Source: Haloferax volcanii DS2 (GTDB taxonomy: Archaea; Halobacteriota; Halobacteria; Halobacteriales; Haloferacaceae). Taken from it: a stretch of 32,000 nt of DNA. How positions within the stretch are numbered: position 1 is the first letter of the stretch; every line of letters begins with the position of its first letter. Shown in pieces: positions 31,193-32,000 of this stretch. Location: contig NC_013967.1 in assembly GCF_000025685.1 (NCBI RefSeq), forward strand, positions 840,001-872,000. Reading direction: 5' to 3'. The translations under genes and the position numbers were made by a program. The notes under the pieces were generated by a model. That model was given only the letters and a program-made list of their open reading frames with translations. It ran no database searches and was not told the origin of the DNA.

Positions 31193-32000
31193 ATGCAACT
31201 CGTCGCCGAGCACATCGACATCGGCACCCGGTCGCCGACGGTCCTCCTGAACGAGAGCGACGCGGCCGAACTCGGGGTCCACGCGCTCGAACGCGTCCAA
31301 CTCCGGTGGGGCGAGCGGACGGCCATCGGCATCGTTGAGCTGACGGACGAGCTCGTCTCCGAAGGGACCCTCGGCGTGACGCGCCGCCTCGGCCACATCG
31401 AGGGCGACGTGGAGGTGTCGGTCGCGCCGCAGCCCGACTCGGTGTACTACATCCGCAAGAAGCTCGACGACATCGAGCTCGAAGCCGACGAACTGTCCCA
31501 AATCGTCCGCGACGTCTACGATGAGCGCCTCGCCGACGTGGAACTCGGAGCGTACGTCTCCGCGACCTACACCAACGGGCTGTCCATGGAGGAGACGATG
31601 CACCTCACGGAGTCGATGGCGGACGTGGGCGAGACCGTCGCGTGGGAGGAGCCGGTCATCGCCGACAAGCACTCCATCGGGGGCGTCGCGGGCAACCGCG
31701 TCACGCCGATTCTCGTCCCCATCGTCGCCGCGGCGGGGCTGAAGATTCCGAAGACTTCCTCGCGAGCCGTCACCTCGGCCGCGGGCACCGCCGACGCGAT
31801 GGAAGTCCTCTGCGACGTGGCATTCTCCGTCGCGGAGATACGCGATATCGTCGGGAAGACCGGCGGCTGTCTCGTCTGGGGCGGCGCGGTGAACCTCTCG
31901 CCGGTCGACGACCGCATCATCCGCGCCGAGACGCCGCTTTCTATCGACCCCAAGGGACAGCTCATCGCCTCCGTCCTCTCGAAAAAGAAGAGCGCCGGGT
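31193..32000 (+). CDS. deoA: AMP phosphorylase / archaeal thymidine-phosphorylase-family enzyme (3'-truncated by window end)
   Basis: Not in the ORF track because it has no stop in the window. My own translation: MQLVAEHIDIGTRSPTVLLNESDAAELGVHALERVQL... (the N-terminal extra domain typical of archaeal AMPpase), then ADKHSIGGVAGNRVTPILVPIVAAAGLKIPKTSSRAVTSAAGTAD (phosphate/glycosyl-transferase motifs). Confidence 0.8.
   Translation, partial: MQLVAEHIDIGTRSPTVLLNESDAAELGVHALERVQLRWGERTAIGIVELTDELVSEGTLGVTRRLGHIEGDVEVSVAPQPDSVYYIRKKLDDIELEADELSQIVRDVYDERLADVELGAYVSATYTNGLSMEETMHLTESMADVGETVAWEEPVIADKHSIGGVAGNRVTPILVPIVAAAGLKIPKTSSRAVTSAAGTADAMEVLCDVAFSVAEIRDIVGKTGGCLVWGGAVNLSPVDDRIIRAETPLSIDPKGQLIASVLSKKKSAG

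Noticed and set aside
1-32000. CRISPR arrays, IS elements/transposases, integrases, rRNA genes
   Set aside because: Reading by eye, I found no regularly spaced direct repeats, no terminal inverted repeats flanking a transposase-like ORF, no integrase or recombinase motifs, and no rRNA-like sequence on either strand.

Overview
High-GC chromosomal segment; single 60-nt lines in the genes give about 68-75% G+C by hand count. It has the hallmarks of a haloarchaeon (class Halobacteria): very acidic proteins, TATA-like boxes about 27 nt upstream of start codons (leaderless mRNAs), a cba-type (ba3) terminal oxidase cluster and several Usp paralogues. I can support about 40 protein-coding genes and one tRNA-Thr(CGU). 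Main blocks, left to right: (1) a low-GC block at the window edge next to tRNA-Thr, probably the edge of an acquired island. (2) trm5, Usp genes, a TVP38-family membrane protein and a P2-type cation ATPase. (3) A Cys-type formate-dehydrogenase-like molybdoenzyme translationally coupled to a YqeC-family accessory gene. (4) A copper-handling operon (small His-rich membrane protein, DsbD_2-like protein, CcoI/FixI-like Cu ATPase) divergent from cbaD-cbaB-cbaA-cbaE. (5) A KDPG/KHG aldolase gene, then a 1.3-kb low-GC islet with a single orphan 2-TM protein, then a beta-carbonic anhydrase. (6) A minus-strand run of metallophosphoesterase, coiled-coil protein and a YdbS/YdbT-like bPH membrane pair. 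(7) DUF2071, an aldo/keto reductase, a chimeric ORF (half a macrodomain fused to the C-terminal piece of an OYE/FadH-type flavin oxidoreductase), a wHTH plus membrane-protein pair, thioredoxin and a truncated AMP phosphorylase gene. I saw no CRISPR array, rRNA, IS element or integrase. Most long ORFs in the track are antisense or out-of-frame shadows typical of high-GC DNA. All functional calls rest on motif recognition by eye; no database search was run.
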